A stretch of 64,000 bases of DNA from positions 1 to 64,000 of the IMG/VR virus record IMGVR_UViG_3300010163_001518; one strand, 5' to 3'. Positions 35,933-44,407 of this stretch are shown here, in pieces. A program made the translations under genes and the position numbers. Below the pieces are notes generated by a model that saw only the letters and a list, made by a program, of their open reading frames with translations, ran no database searches and was not told the origin of the DNA. Source of the stretch: a virus. Lineage: Duplodnaviria > Caudoviricetes. Every line of letters starts with the position of its first letter. Position 1 is the stretch's first letter.

Positions 35933-36183
35933 GGCTGCATTCCTCCTTTCCTTTTAGCTGTTATCAGTTTACCATAATGTTCATGTGTTTGCAAGCATTT
36001 AATTGTTAACAAACCATTAAGTTTTCAGATTTTCTTGTTAATTCGTTCTATTTTTAGTTATTTTTACTAAATATAGTCTTTTTCTACTATTCTATCCCTA
36101 TATTTCGTGTGAACTCCCCCTCCCTCACTCCAAAAATCGGAGCAGGCGTCCAGACAAACGCCTGCTCCGGATTCTGTCCTGTT

Positions 36184-36657
36184 TCAGTTCAGCAGCCACA
36201 CGCCCAGATTCAGGTATGCGGCGAATGTGACCCAAGCAAGGTAGGGCACTTGCAGCCAGGCCGCCAAAGGGCTGACCTTGCGGAATGACAAGAGCATCCA
36301 CAAAATCAGGCACCACAAAATGACCAGCCAGACCAGCGCAAATCCAAAGGCCTGGAGGTTAAAAAAGATTAGGCTCCAGCAAAAGTTGAACCCCAGCTGG
36401 ACACCAAAGAGGATCAGACTGGCAGAGCGGGCCCCGGAAGCCGGCGACAGGGAAACAAGGGCGGTGCCGATCCCCATCAGCGCGAACAGAATGACCCAGA
36501 CGATGGGGAATACAATGCCGGGCGGCGACAGCGGCGGCTGTATAATGACCGTTTGATAGTACTCCATCCCGTCCCGAGTCAGCCACCCCGAGAGTCCCCC
36601 CACCGCCTCTGTAAGGACGATCCAAAACGCATATGATTTCCACGTGCGGCTTTTCAT
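36184..36657 (-). CDS. tspO: Tryptophan-rich sensory protein TspO/MBR
   Basis: QPPLSPPGIVFPIVW, LGFNFCWSLIFF, LQVPYLAWVTFAAYLN motifs. Confidence 0.95.
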   Translation of the reverse strand: MKSRTWKSYAFWIVLTEAVGGLSGWLTRDGMEYYQTVIIQPPLSPPGIVFPIVWVILFALMGIGTALVSLSPASGARSASLILFGVQLGFNFCWSLIFFNLQAFGFALVWLVILWCLILWMLLSFRKVSPLAAWLQVPYLAWVTFAAYLNLGVWLLN

Positions 36658-36960
36658 ACGATATCACCCGGGGATAGTATATGGAGGCAGCTGAAAATAA
36701 TTCCCCGAGCCCCAGTGCAAATGCGGCCGGAAACGCTCACTTCCGCAGCCGCTGGCCGGCCCCGCCAAGCTTTAAGTATGGAGAACAGATTTTGTTCGCA
36801 TTTTCTTTCCGTTGATAACAAAAAATGCTCCCAATTTAAAGCATATTTTTCCTAATTGAACGTAAGTTTCAAGCCCGAAAACGTGAGATTTAAGCGACAA
36901 GCCATAGCCGCCCATCAGAAGCAGACAAGTGGCAGACTGCGCCCGTTGCACACATAAAGC

Positions 36961-37002
36961 AAAACCCGGGAGCCAATACAATTACATTGGCTCCCGGGTT
37001 TT
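36961..37002. terminator. Bidirectional intrinsic terminator downstream of the tRNA 3' end
   Basis: 17-bp perfect stem AAAACCCGGGAGCCAAT / ATTGGCTCCCGGGTTTT. Confidence 0.85.
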
Positions 37003-37006
37003 TCAT

Positions 37007-37029
37007 TGGTGCGGATGACGGGACTTGAA
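37007..37029 (-). tRNA. Orphan tRNA 3' end (probably tRNA-Leu); prophage att core
   Basis: Minus strand TTCAAGTCCCGTCATCCGCACCA = T-loop, acceptor strand, discriminator A, CCA; no 5' half upstream. Confidence 0.8.
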
Positions 37030-37287
37030 AAAAAAATGACGCCCTTCATTTTCTCCCCATATGCAATCCAGCAAAGCACTGAAAATAAAGGTTTTTAATT
37101 TATCTTTATGGGTGCAAGCAGAAATATTTGCGCTCACTGGCCATATAGCGGATAATCAGCGGGTAAAACCAACTTCACAAAGCCTCTATTTCAACGCCGC
37201 CCGAGGCCCTGATAATATCGCTGTTAGCTTCCCGTAAAAGTACATCTCATGGAAGAGAAGTGTTCCTTCTGGACGCTTCAAAAAGCC

Positions 37288-38100
37288 TTACAGCAAGCCC
37301 ATCTTGTCCAGCAGCGTAATGATCCGGCAGAATGTCTCATCCACCCGGATGGTATTGTCGGCGATGGTAGCCACGCTGCCGTCCTTGCCGCCGTCATAGC
37401 CCTTTAGAACGCCGCGCTCCATCAACTTTTTGACGCTGGGCTGGTACCAGCCCGGAACATCGTCCAGCGTCGGATACCACGCAGCTTCCTTCTGGCGCTC
37501 CAGCGCCTCTGCGATCATGGTCTGTACTTCCGCTTTGGTCATATCCTGTTCCTTTCTGTCCGCCGGTACGTGGCAGACAAAGTAGTATTTTACCTGCTGC
37601 TGCAGCAAGCTGATCTTGTTCCGCGCCCGCTCAGCTTTGGCGCTGGCCGGGTCGTTGATCAGGGCGTATTCCCCCTCTGTCCCGTACCAGAGGATGAAAT
37701 GCCCGCCTCTGGTCCAGTTCCCCGGCCCCATGCAGGCAATGACTGCATCTCCGTTCTGGACCGCGGCCAGAGCGGCGCTGTGGTACTTTTGGGCCTCAGC
37801 CGCCCTCATACCGCGCAAATCGACCCAGTTGAGCTGCTCCCAGTCCAGACCATAGGCCCGTCCCTGGGGACCGAAATAGGAGTAATACGTGCCGCTGTGG
37901 GGCGCTTTGTAGCCATTGCGCAGCGCCCACGCGCAGGTATCCGCCGGCGTGATCGACGGGGCGGCCAGCGTCGCGATGAGCATCGCCGCGCAGGTGGGAC
38001 CGCAGCCGCTTTCCCGTATGTCGGTCTTCTCGCCCCTGGCGGAGTAGTCATTGCCGCCCCAGCGCGGATCATACTGCTTATAATCGACCGGTTTATTCAT
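37288..38100 (-). CDS. Endolysin, C39-like cysteine peptidase with C-terminal wall-binding segment
   Basis: YKQYDPRWG, SGCGPTC, GHFILW motifs. Confidence 0.85.
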   Translation of the reverse strand: MNKPVDYKQYDPRWGGNDYSARGEKTDIRESGCGPTCAAMLIATLAAPSITPADTCAWALRNGYKAPHSGTYYSYFGPQGRAYGLDWEQLNWVDLRGMRAAEAQKYHSAALAAVQNGDAVIACMGPGNWTRGGHFILWYGTEGEYALINDPASAKAERARNKISLLQQQVKYYFVCHVPADRKEQDMTKAEVQTMIAEALERQKEAAWYPTLDDVPGWYQPSVKKLMERGVLKGYDGGKDGSVATIADNTIRVDETFCRIITLLDKMGLL

Positions 38101-38143
38101 CGCCGCCCATTAGCTCCTGGACCTTCTGGCTCTGGGTGCCAAA
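38017..38143. repeat. 127-bp direct repeat, copy A (holin end/endolysin start)
   Basis: 115/127 identical to 38807-38933. Confidence 0.92.
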
Positions 38144-38155
38144 GATGTAGTCCAT
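38093..38155 (-). CDS. 20-aa mini-ORF (copy of holin C-terminus) coupled to the endolysin start
   Basis: AGAAAGGAG RBS; MDYIFGTQSQKVQELMGGDE; stop overlaps endolysin ATG. Confidence 0.6.
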   Translation of the reverse strand: MDYIFGTQSQKVQELMGGDE

Positions 38156-38197
38156 AGTTGACTCCTTTCTTAATTGGCCGATCATCTCAAAAAAGCC

Positions 38198-38234
38198 TTG
38201 ACTTTCCATCATATGTACGCTATCATGTACATAT
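38198..38234 (+). promoter_or_regulatory. TA promoter and operator
   Basis: TTGACT-17-TATCAT; inverted repeat ATATGTAC-N8-GTACATAT over the -10. Confidence 0.75.
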
Positions 38235-38256
38235 AATAAGCCATGAGGTGATCGTG

Positions 38257-38508
38257 ATGACAAATACAAATATTACAGCTTTTCGAAAAAACGTGTTCGG
38301 CTATGTGGATCAGGCGGTAACCTTTGGCGATGTAGTCAATATCTCCACAAAAAACGGCAATGCCGTTATCCTCAGCGAGGCCGATTACAACAGTCTCTTA
38401 GAGACGCTGCATCTCGCTTCTATCCCTGGCATGGTGGACAGCATCAAGGCTGCCGACCAGGAGCCTCTGTCTGATTGCATCCCATACGACCCCAATGAGG
38501 TGTGGTGA
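38257..38508 (+). CDS. yefM: Phd/YefM family antitoxin
   Basis: MTNTNITAFRKN, NAVILSEADYNSLLETLHL motifs. Confidence 0.92.
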   Translation: MTNTNITAFRKNVFGYVDQAVTFGDVVNISTKNGNAVILSEADYNSLLETLHLASIPGMVDSIKAADQEPLSDCIPYDPNEVW

Positions 38509-38768
38509 TGTATCAGATTTTCTTCACGAAACAAGCTGCAAAAGACCGGCGGTTCATTGCCCAGGCGGGGCTGGAGCAACGAGCCAAGTCGTTGCTGGCT
38601 GTTTTGGCAGAGGACCCTTTCCGTAACCCGCCTCCTTGGGAGAAACTGGTGGGGGATCTGTCTGGATATTACTCTCGACGCATCAATATCCAGCACCGGC
38701 TGGTCTATTCCGTGGACCAGAACGCAAAGGTTGTCAAGATCCTCCGTATGTGGACCCACTACGAATAA
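38508..38768 (+). CDS. yoeB: Txe/YoeB family toxin
   Basis: EKLVGDLSGYYSRRINIQHRLVY, MWTHYE motifs; TGATG coupling. Confidence 0.94.
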   Translation: MYQIFFTKQAAKDRRFIAQAGLEQRAKSLLAVLAEDPFRNPPPWEKLVGDLSGYYSRRINIQHRLVYSVDQNAKVVKILRMWTHYE

Positions 38769-38890
38769 GCCGCCGCAGCAGAGACCGGGGAGCCCCCCGC
38801 CGACGCTATGTCGGTTCTCTCGCCCCTGGCGGAATAGTCATTACCGCCCCAGCGCGGGGCATCCTGCTTATAATCGCCTGGTTTATTCAT
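38759..38890 (-). pseudogene. Degenerate endolysin 5' fragment (43 codons)
   Basis: MNKPGDYKQDAPRWGGNDYSARGERTDIASAGGSPVS; catalytic GCGPTC replaced. Confidence 0.75.
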
Positions 38891-38933
38891 CGCCGCCCAT
38901 CAGCTCCTGGACCTTCTGGCTCTGAGTCCCAAA
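38807..38933. repeat. 127-bp direct repeat, copy B
   Basis: Matches 38017-38143 at offset 790. Confidence 0.92.
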
Positions 38934-39086
38934 ATAGAACGCGATGATAACCGCATAAATGGTCATAAAGTCCTGGCTGATCTGCCCGGTGACCGACATA
39001 TAAGCAAATACACAGGTGAGCGCCAGCGTCACAAGGCTCTTGACCGACAGCAGCGCTGCGATCCGCTTCATAATCTTCTCGTGCAT
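38883..39086 (-). CDS. Holin
   Basis: 67 aa, two TM segments; KSLVTL, IIAFYFGTQ motifs. Confidence 0.85.
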   Translation of the reverse strand: MHEKIMKRIAALLSVKSLVTLALTCVFAYMSVTGQISQDFMTIYAVIIAFYFGTQSQKVQELMGGDE

Positions 39087-39200
39087 GTTATCCCTTTCCG
39101 GGCGCAAAAGCGCCCTGCCGTTTTGTGCTTGACAATTCACGGCAGGGTGCTTTTGCGCCGCTTCTTGTCAATTTCGCCGCCCTTTCACCGGGCGGCTTTT

Positions 39201-39590
39201 TTACTGCCCCTGGCTCTGTCCCCAGAGCCCTCCGTTGTTGTGCTCAAAAATGTTTTCCAGCACCTTCAGCCCACTGGTGCCAAGAAGGGTGGTAATGGCC
39301 TGTTGGCTCAGCTCCACCACCGGGAAAGGCTGTCCCAACCGCACGGTGGAATAGATGGCGATGGCATAAGAGATGGACACCCATCCAATGGCCGCAATCT
39401 GGGTGGTGAGGAAGAGGATGCGGGTAACGGACCGCACCTTCCGCCTTGCCGATTCCTCATTGTCCGGCGTTCTGGGCTTCCTTTTCCTCCCGGCCCCGGG
39501 GCTTTCCCGGATGGTTGCAGCCAGCATTACCATCCCAACAAGGATGGATACCGGAACGATCAGCAGCAGCCATTCTGCCCGCAGCATCAT
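39201..39590 (-). CDS. Hypothetical membrane protein
   Basis: Hydrophobic segments; lysis module. Confidence 0.6.
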   Translation of the reverse strand: MMLRAEWLLLIVPVSILVGMVMLAATIRESPGAGRKRKPRTPDNEESARRKVRSVTRILFLTTQIAAIGWVSISYAIAIYSTVRLGQPFPVVELSQQAITTLLGTSGLKVLENIFEHNNGGLWGQSQGQ

Positions 39591-39880
39591 AGCCCCACCC
39601 GCGCCAGAAGAAACGCAATTACCGCCGCCGCCACCGCCCAGATGACCTTGTCCACCAATCCCTCCCACCGCTTCCGCGGCTTGTCTGTTAAGGATTTCAT
39701 ATCCTCTTTGATTTCCCCAACGTCTCGCTGGATATGCTCCTGCTCTTTCGCCAGAACTGCCACCGAGGACACCAGCTCGTCCAAATTATCCTGCCGCTTC
39801 TCAACTTCTTCCAGCCGGTGCGTATTGGACTTTGCCCGGCCTTCCACGGCGGTCAGCCGTTTCTCGTGATCCAGATCCAT
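39587..39880 (-). CDS. XhlA-like lysis-associated protein
   Basis: RLTAVEGRAKSNTHRL coiled coil plus C-terminal TM. Confidence 0.75.
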   Translation of the reverse strand: MDLDHEKRLTAVEGRAKSNTHRLEEVEKRQDNLDELVSSVAVLAKEQEHIQRDVGEIKEDMKSLTDKPRKRWEGLVDKVIWAVAAAVIAFLLARVGL

Positions 39881-39894
39881 CGGCCACCCCTCCC

Positions 39895-40095
39895 TTAATC
39901 TCCGGGATTCACTCCATCAAAAGGCTCTCCCATGTACTGTCCATACTGTTCCGCAGTGATGACTCCATCAGACATGTCCGCCCTCGCCAAGATACGCACG
40001 TCTTCTTTCACGTTTTCTGGGACAGCCGCAAACGTACGGACCCCTCGTTTCATGCTGCGCCAGTAACTATGAGCAATTGCTTTCACCACCATCAT
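39895..40095 (-). CDS. Small XkdX-position protein
   Basis: 66 aa; ITAEQYGQYMGE. Confidence 0.65.
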   Translation of the reverse strand: MMVVKAIAHSYWRSMKRGVRTFAAVPENVKEDVRILARADMSDGVITAEQYGQYMGEPFDGVNPGD

Positions 40096-40469
40096 CCTCC
40101 CATCATTTCGTAAAGTTCCATCAGCGCCTCATCCTGCTGTGCGTTGATCGCTTCCTGCTCTGCATGCGCCTCATACAGGGCAATGGCGGCCTCGTCCGCT
40201 TGTGCCAGCGAATCTTCCAAGCCTGACACCCGTTCCTCAATCGTGGGCATTGCCGGGGGCTCCGGCAGCTTGGGCCGCTCAGTAGGCGTAATCCCCACCA
40301 GCACGCCGTCCTGGATATCCAGCACGCAGTAGCCCACGCAATCCCATGCCGCGTCTGCCAGCTCCGGGGGCACTGCAATCCACCCTTCCAGCCAGCACTC
40401 TTTTCTATGGCTCTGGCTCTGAAGGCCATGCCCACCGTCTTCTCCTGCAGCGATCTCGATAATCGTCAT
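40092..40469 (-). CDS. Tail fibre assembly/XkdW-position protein
   Basis: MTIIEIAAG...PTIEERVSGLE...QDEALMELYEM. Confidence 0.65.
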   Translation of the reverse strand: MTIIEIAAGEDGGHGLQSQSHRKECWLEGWIAVPPELADAAWDCVGYCVLDIQDGVLVGITPTERPKLPEPPAMPTIEERVSGLEDSLAQADEAAIALYEAHAEQEAINAQQDEALMELYEMMGG

Positions 40470-40491
40470 ACACGTTCCTCCTTCCCATGTT

Positions 40492-40508
40492 GTGTCCGAT
40501 TCGGACAC
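40492..40508. repeat. 17-bp palindrome copy 1, GTGTCCGATTCGGACAC
   Basis: Perfect 8-bp arms; intergenic. Confidence 0.9.
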
Positions 40509-40512
40509 GTTT

Positions 40513-41784
40513 CTATTGTCCGTACCCGGATGCTAACAATTGGATCAGCACGGCTGGAGGGCGGTGGAACGTCTTTGCCAGCTGAAGCAGTACATGATAT
40601 CTCCATTCAGCAGGCCGCAGTTCCAGAGAAAACCCGCCCATCGGGATACTTTCATCTGTGAAAATATCCCATGTCCGGATCAACGCCCTGTCTGCAGTCC
40701 GGACAATCGTCGAGACCTCTCTCTTCTGGCGCATCGCGATCTGCGTCTCCGTCAGCCCCAGCGCCAATTGATACAGGACCCGTTTCTGTGGCAAACTCAG
40801 GCTCAGGCTCGTCTCGATCCAATTCCTAAAGTCAATCATCCCGTCGCTCAGAACAAACCGCCTTGCTGCAAGACGTTCAAATAAGACACGCTGCAGACTG
40901 TCCTTCGCCCTGCGCACAGCGTGAGATACCGAACTGGGGCATATCCCCAATTCTTGGGCAATCTCCGCCTGGGAACGCCCTGCAAAACTCAGGGACAAGC
41001 ATTGTCGCTGGGCCCTGGGCAACCCCTTTATCGCGTTTTTCAAGCAGACGCTCAGCCGGGCTTTTTCGCCTGAATTTCCCTGCTGCATCTGCTCGATCTC
41101 GTCCCAGGTCATGCCATCCACCTGATCCCATGTGACCCCTTCCAGCGTATAAAGATCTGTCCGCCCCCGGCCCGGACGGCTCATCCGGTGCGCCTTCGGC
41201 CGCTCAACAGATCCAACCGAAGCGGCCGCTTCCACTTTCACGGCCACCCTTAACTCCCGTTGGCGTTCCGTCAACAGTTCAATATGGTAATCCAGCGCAT
41301 CTTGTTCTTCCGGGGAGCGCACAGCGGACTGTCTGAGCTCCTGGAGCTCAAGTTCCACAGCGGCAAGTTCTTGCTGGCTGACAGTTGCCTGGGGCTCGAT
41401 TTTTTCCACTGCTTGGTCTGGCTGTTCGTTATAGCAGGGCAGCGCCTCCCTTAGCCGCGCTTCCATTTCCGCCACCCGCTCCTGCAAAAGCTGGATGCAG
41501 GCGGCATTGTAGCGTGCTGCATACCCCTTTGCCCCATCAGGGTCGATTTGCCGTGCAGTCTCAACGCAGCCCCGCGCCATCTGCTTGAGCAGGGCGGCGT
41601 CAGACATCGTCTGATAAAAACTTGCGGTGCTCTCCCCCTCTGTAAGCGCCCGCAGCCGCGCGGATGCGCGCCGTCTCAGGGTGCGGGCTGTAAAGCGGTA
41701 CTCATCCGCCCAGGCCCGCCGCGGGTCAACAGGTATATCTGGGATCTTTGCGATAGCCTCGGGCGTAATAGTTTCGGCAAACAT
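40513..41784 (-). CDS. Protein with two sigma70 region-4-like HTH domains
   Basis: LPRAQRQCLSLSFAGRSQAEIAQELGICPSSVS and LSLPQKRVLYQLALGLTETQIA. Confidence 0.75.
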   Translation of the reverse strand: MFAETITPEAIAKIPDIPVDPRRAWADEYRFTARTLRRRASARLRALTEGESTASFYQTMSDAALLKQMARGCVETARQIDPDGAKGYAARYNAACIQLLQERVAEMEARLREALPCYNEQPDQAVEKIEPQATVSQQELAAVELELQELRQSAVRSPEEQDALDYHIELLTERQRELRVAVKVEAAASVGSVERPKAHRMSRPGRGRTDLYTLEGVTWDQVDGMTWDEIEQMQQGNSGEKARLSVCLKNAIKGLPRAQRQCLSLSFAGRSQAEIAQELGICPSSVSHAVRRAKDSLQRVLFERLAARRFVLSDGMIDFRNWIETSLSLSLPQKRVLYQLALGLTETQIAMRQKREVSTIVRTADRALIRTWDIFTDESIPMGGFSLELRPAEWRYHVLLQLAKTFHRPPAVLIQLLASGYGQ

Positions 41785-41962
41785 CCCCTACCCCCCTCGT
41801 ATCATCCAGCATTTTATTCACAATGGCGATCTCAGCGGACAGCGCCAACCGGCGCCCTGCGCCGTTACATGCGTCCATCTCCCGCTGCAGCCGCCGGCGG
41901 TACAGCTTCAGCCGGACCGCCGCATCCGTATAGCTTGACGCAAGCTCGCTCAACTTCGCCAT
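41726..41962 (-). CDS. Small basic hypothetical protein paired with the sigma-like gene
   Basis: 78 aa; coupled to upstream stop. Confidence 0.65.
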   Translation of the reverse strand: MAKLSELASSYTDAAVRLKLYRRRLQREMDACNGAGRRLALSAEIAIVNKMLDDTRGVGDVCRNYYARGYRKDPRYTC

Positions 41963-41964
41963 TT

Positions 41965-42552
41965 TTATACTCCCTCTCCATGGACATAAAACGTCCCTTC
42001 AAAGTCGGCCCACCGAGGGAAGGTCTCTTCCATCTGCTGCCACGTAAGCCGCTCTGCTTCCAGGTCGCCCCAGCAGATCGGGCTTAAAACACACATCAGG
42101 TGGGCAGGCTTCAATTCCTCTATCGCTGCCAGCAGCTCCTCCGCGGGAATTTTGGCGAAACGGCTGCTTTTGTCCGAAAAATAGATGTGGAACGTGTAGT
42201 GCGCAGCGTCCTCCTGTACGGTAACGCTCCAACCGGTAATGGCCACCGCCACCTGGCGGATGGCCTCCACCGTCGCCGTTCCAGCCGCCAGCATGCGCGA
42301 CACTACGGCGCTCCGCCGCTGTGCAAAGTCCAGCCTGCTGTCCGATTGGATGCCCACCAGGCGCTCCCATTCCGACAATCCCCATGTGGCCGTGCGGATG
42401 TTGAACTGCCGCGCTGTCTCGTCCAGCGCCTCAGCCGCCCTAAGCGACGCGTTGGTCAGCGCGTCGATCAAAGCTGCGCTCTCCGGGCTGTTCCTATGAT
42501 AGTCCGGGACCTGCTCATAGGCTGGAAGGGCTGCCTCAAGCATGTTATCCAC
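41965..42552 (-). CDS. Baseplate wedge protein (XkdU/DUF2313-like)
   Basis: TATWGLSEWER, IEELKPAHL motifs. Confidence 0.88.
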   Translation of the reverse strand: MDNMLEAALPAYEQVPDYHRNSPESAALIDALTNASLRAAEALDETARQFNIRTATWGLSEWERLVGIQSDSRLDFAQRRSAVVSRMLAAGTATVEAIRQVAVAITGWSVTVQEDAAHYTFHIYFSDKSSRFAKIPAEELLAAIEELKPAHLMCVLSPICWGDLEAERLTWQQMEETFPRWADFEGTFYVHGEGV

Positions 42553-43624
42553 CTCCTGCCGACACGGTGACCTTCCCGACTACCGGCACCTGATTCGTGC
42601 TCAGCGCCAAGTTGCTCTGTCCGCCATTGACCAAAAAGCTCTTATAGTCCAGCACATGCTCACATACAAGCAGCAATGACAGCAGCCTGCTGTATCGGAT
42701 GGTCTCGCCTGACGCAAACGGGATCGAAGACAGCAGCTCCGACACCGCCGCAGTCAATTCCTGCTCAATCGCCGTCAGGCTGCCCCCGTCGGTCAGAACC
42801 GTCGCCGTGATATGAATCGTCAGGATCTCTGCGCTCACCACGGTCACTGCCGCACCAACGGGCCGCAGTGCTTCAATATGGGCGGCGCACTCCGCCGTTA
42901 CAGCACTGTCTACCGGCTGTTTGGAGGGAGATCCGACGACCACCTTAACGGTCCCCGGGCCATTCCACAGCGGCACGCATGCGGCATAGCCAATGCCGGG
43001 CGTCTCCTTGGCCCAGCGTACATAGTCAGCTGCGTTTCCCGAACTGGACGGGATGCTAAACCGCTCCTTCAGCCGGCGGTAAAAATCCACGTCGCTTTCG
43101 TCGTCGGTCCCTCCGGTGGCCCCTTCCGGATTCGTAACATTGGAAACGCCGGTAATGTTGATGCTCATACTGGTCACCGTGTTCGGCCCTACGTTGTAGT
43201 CCGCGCCAATCTCGCTGGCTTCCGCTGCCACAACGGCCGCCCCTCCGGCGATGGTCACAGCTGCGGTGGTGGTAAACCTCAGCCCGCTGCCAGGCACATA
43301 CAGCGCGGTCCCCTCCGGGATACCCACCCCATCCATACCGGAAAATTTGACCTGTACCGTCGCCTTCGTCCCCTTTGTGCGGGACATGCCCACATCCGAG
43401 GCCTTTGCGTCAATATAGTGCCCGGAAGTCTCATCCGGGACCGCCGCCAGCAGCAGCTCCGGGATCTTTTGATACAGCTTCCAGTTCTGATAAGCCGCCT
43501 GGCTGATCAGAATATCGGAATAACTGCCCTCCCTGACGTCAATGGCCGCGCCGCTCTCCTTCAGTTCAGACAACATCTCCCTTTTGATGGACTCCGGCGT
43601 CACCTCATCATAGATCGTCTGCAT
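42545..43624 (-). CDS. Baseplate J protein (XkdT-like)
   Basis: GGTDDESD, GNAADYVRWA, PLWNGPGTVKV motifs. Confidence 0.93.
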   Translation of the reverse strand: MQTIYDEVTPESIKREMLSELKESGAAIDVREGSYSDILISQAAYQNWKLYQKIPELLLAAVPDETSGHYIDAKASDVGMSRTKGTKATVQVKFSGMDGVGIPEGTALYVPGSGLRFTTTAAVTIAGGAAVVAAEASEIGADYNVGPNTVTSMSINITGVSNVTNPEGATGGTDDESDVDFYRRLKERFSIPSSSGNAADYVRWAKETPGIGYAACVPLWNGPGTVKVVVGSPSKQPVDSAVTAECAAHIEALRPVGAAVTVVSAEILTIHITATVLTDGGSLTAIEQELTAAVSELLSSIPFASGETIRYSRLLSLLLVCEHVLDYKSFLVNGGQSNLALSTNQVPVVGKVTVSAGGG

Positions 43625-44039
43625 GCAATGTCACCTCCCCATAGATCGTCTGGATCCGGACAGTTAGGTGCAGCTCCGCCCCCACCAGCTGAATCTCTGC
43701 CTGGGCCACCTCGGTGATATACGGGTTGACCTTCAGCGTCTCCCTGATATACCGCAGGGCCTCTTCCCGCCGTATCGCCTCAAGATACGGCTTTCCGGTC
43801 AGCTCCCGCAGGGCCTGGCCCAGCCCCCGGGTAAACACGGCGTGTGCGCCCCGCTCCGTGTGCAGCGCGTTCCACGCCCAGGCCTTTACCGCCTCTGCGC
43901 CGGTGGCAACCACCGGACGGCCATCCCGCCACACCGGCCGGTTCTCTTCATAGTTCCAGGCAATCTCCCGGTACAGCGGAAGGCCGCCGGATGCTGCCGC
44001 TCCGCCTTCCGGCGGCGTAATCAGTGGAAAAAGGCTCAT
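43608..44039 (-). CDS. Baseplate protein XkdS/DUF2634-like
   Basis: EAVKAWAWNALHTER, IRETLKVNPYI motifs. Confidence 0.85.
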   Translation of the reverse strand: MSLFPLITPPEGGAAASGGLPLYREIAWNYEENRPVWRDGRPVVATGAEAVKAWAWNALHTERGAHAVFTRGLGQALRELTGKPYLEAIRREEALRYIRETLKVNPYITEVAQAEIQLVGAELHLTVRIQTIYGEVTLHADDL

Positions 44040-44407
44040 ACCGTCACCACCTTGTCCACCACATAGTACACTTGCTGGTCATCCGATGGGATCAAAAGCA
44101 CCTCGTCCCCCTTTGCCAGGGCGGCCTCTGGAATACTCAGGTTAAATTCGCTGCTCACGGGATAGGGCACCTTGTCCACCACTGTGACCAATCCTGTTTG
44201 GATGCAGAATTCGCGCTCCGGCAGCAGAAGGTGCCTGCACACTCTCAAGTCGTCCCCGCTCAGCTCCAGCCCTCCTGCCCGGATCGTCAGGCCCGGGAAT
44301 GGGCTCAGCACCGTCCCAATGCATACGCCGGGGCGCGCACGCGCGCTGGCGTCCTGCCTCAGTTCGCTCAGAAGCCCAAGATATGGGTCTCTCCCTTCCA
44401 TCGTCAC
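44036..44407 (-). CDS. XkdR/DUF2577-like protein
   Basis: GTVLSPFP, LAKGDEVLL motifs. Confidence 0.8.
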   Translation of the reverse strand: MTMEGRDPYLGLLSELRQDASARARPGVCIGTVLSPFPGLTIRAGGLELSGDDLRVCRHLLLPEREFCIQTGLVTVVDKVPYPVSSEFNLSIPEAALAKGDEVLLIPSDDQQVYYVVDKVVTV

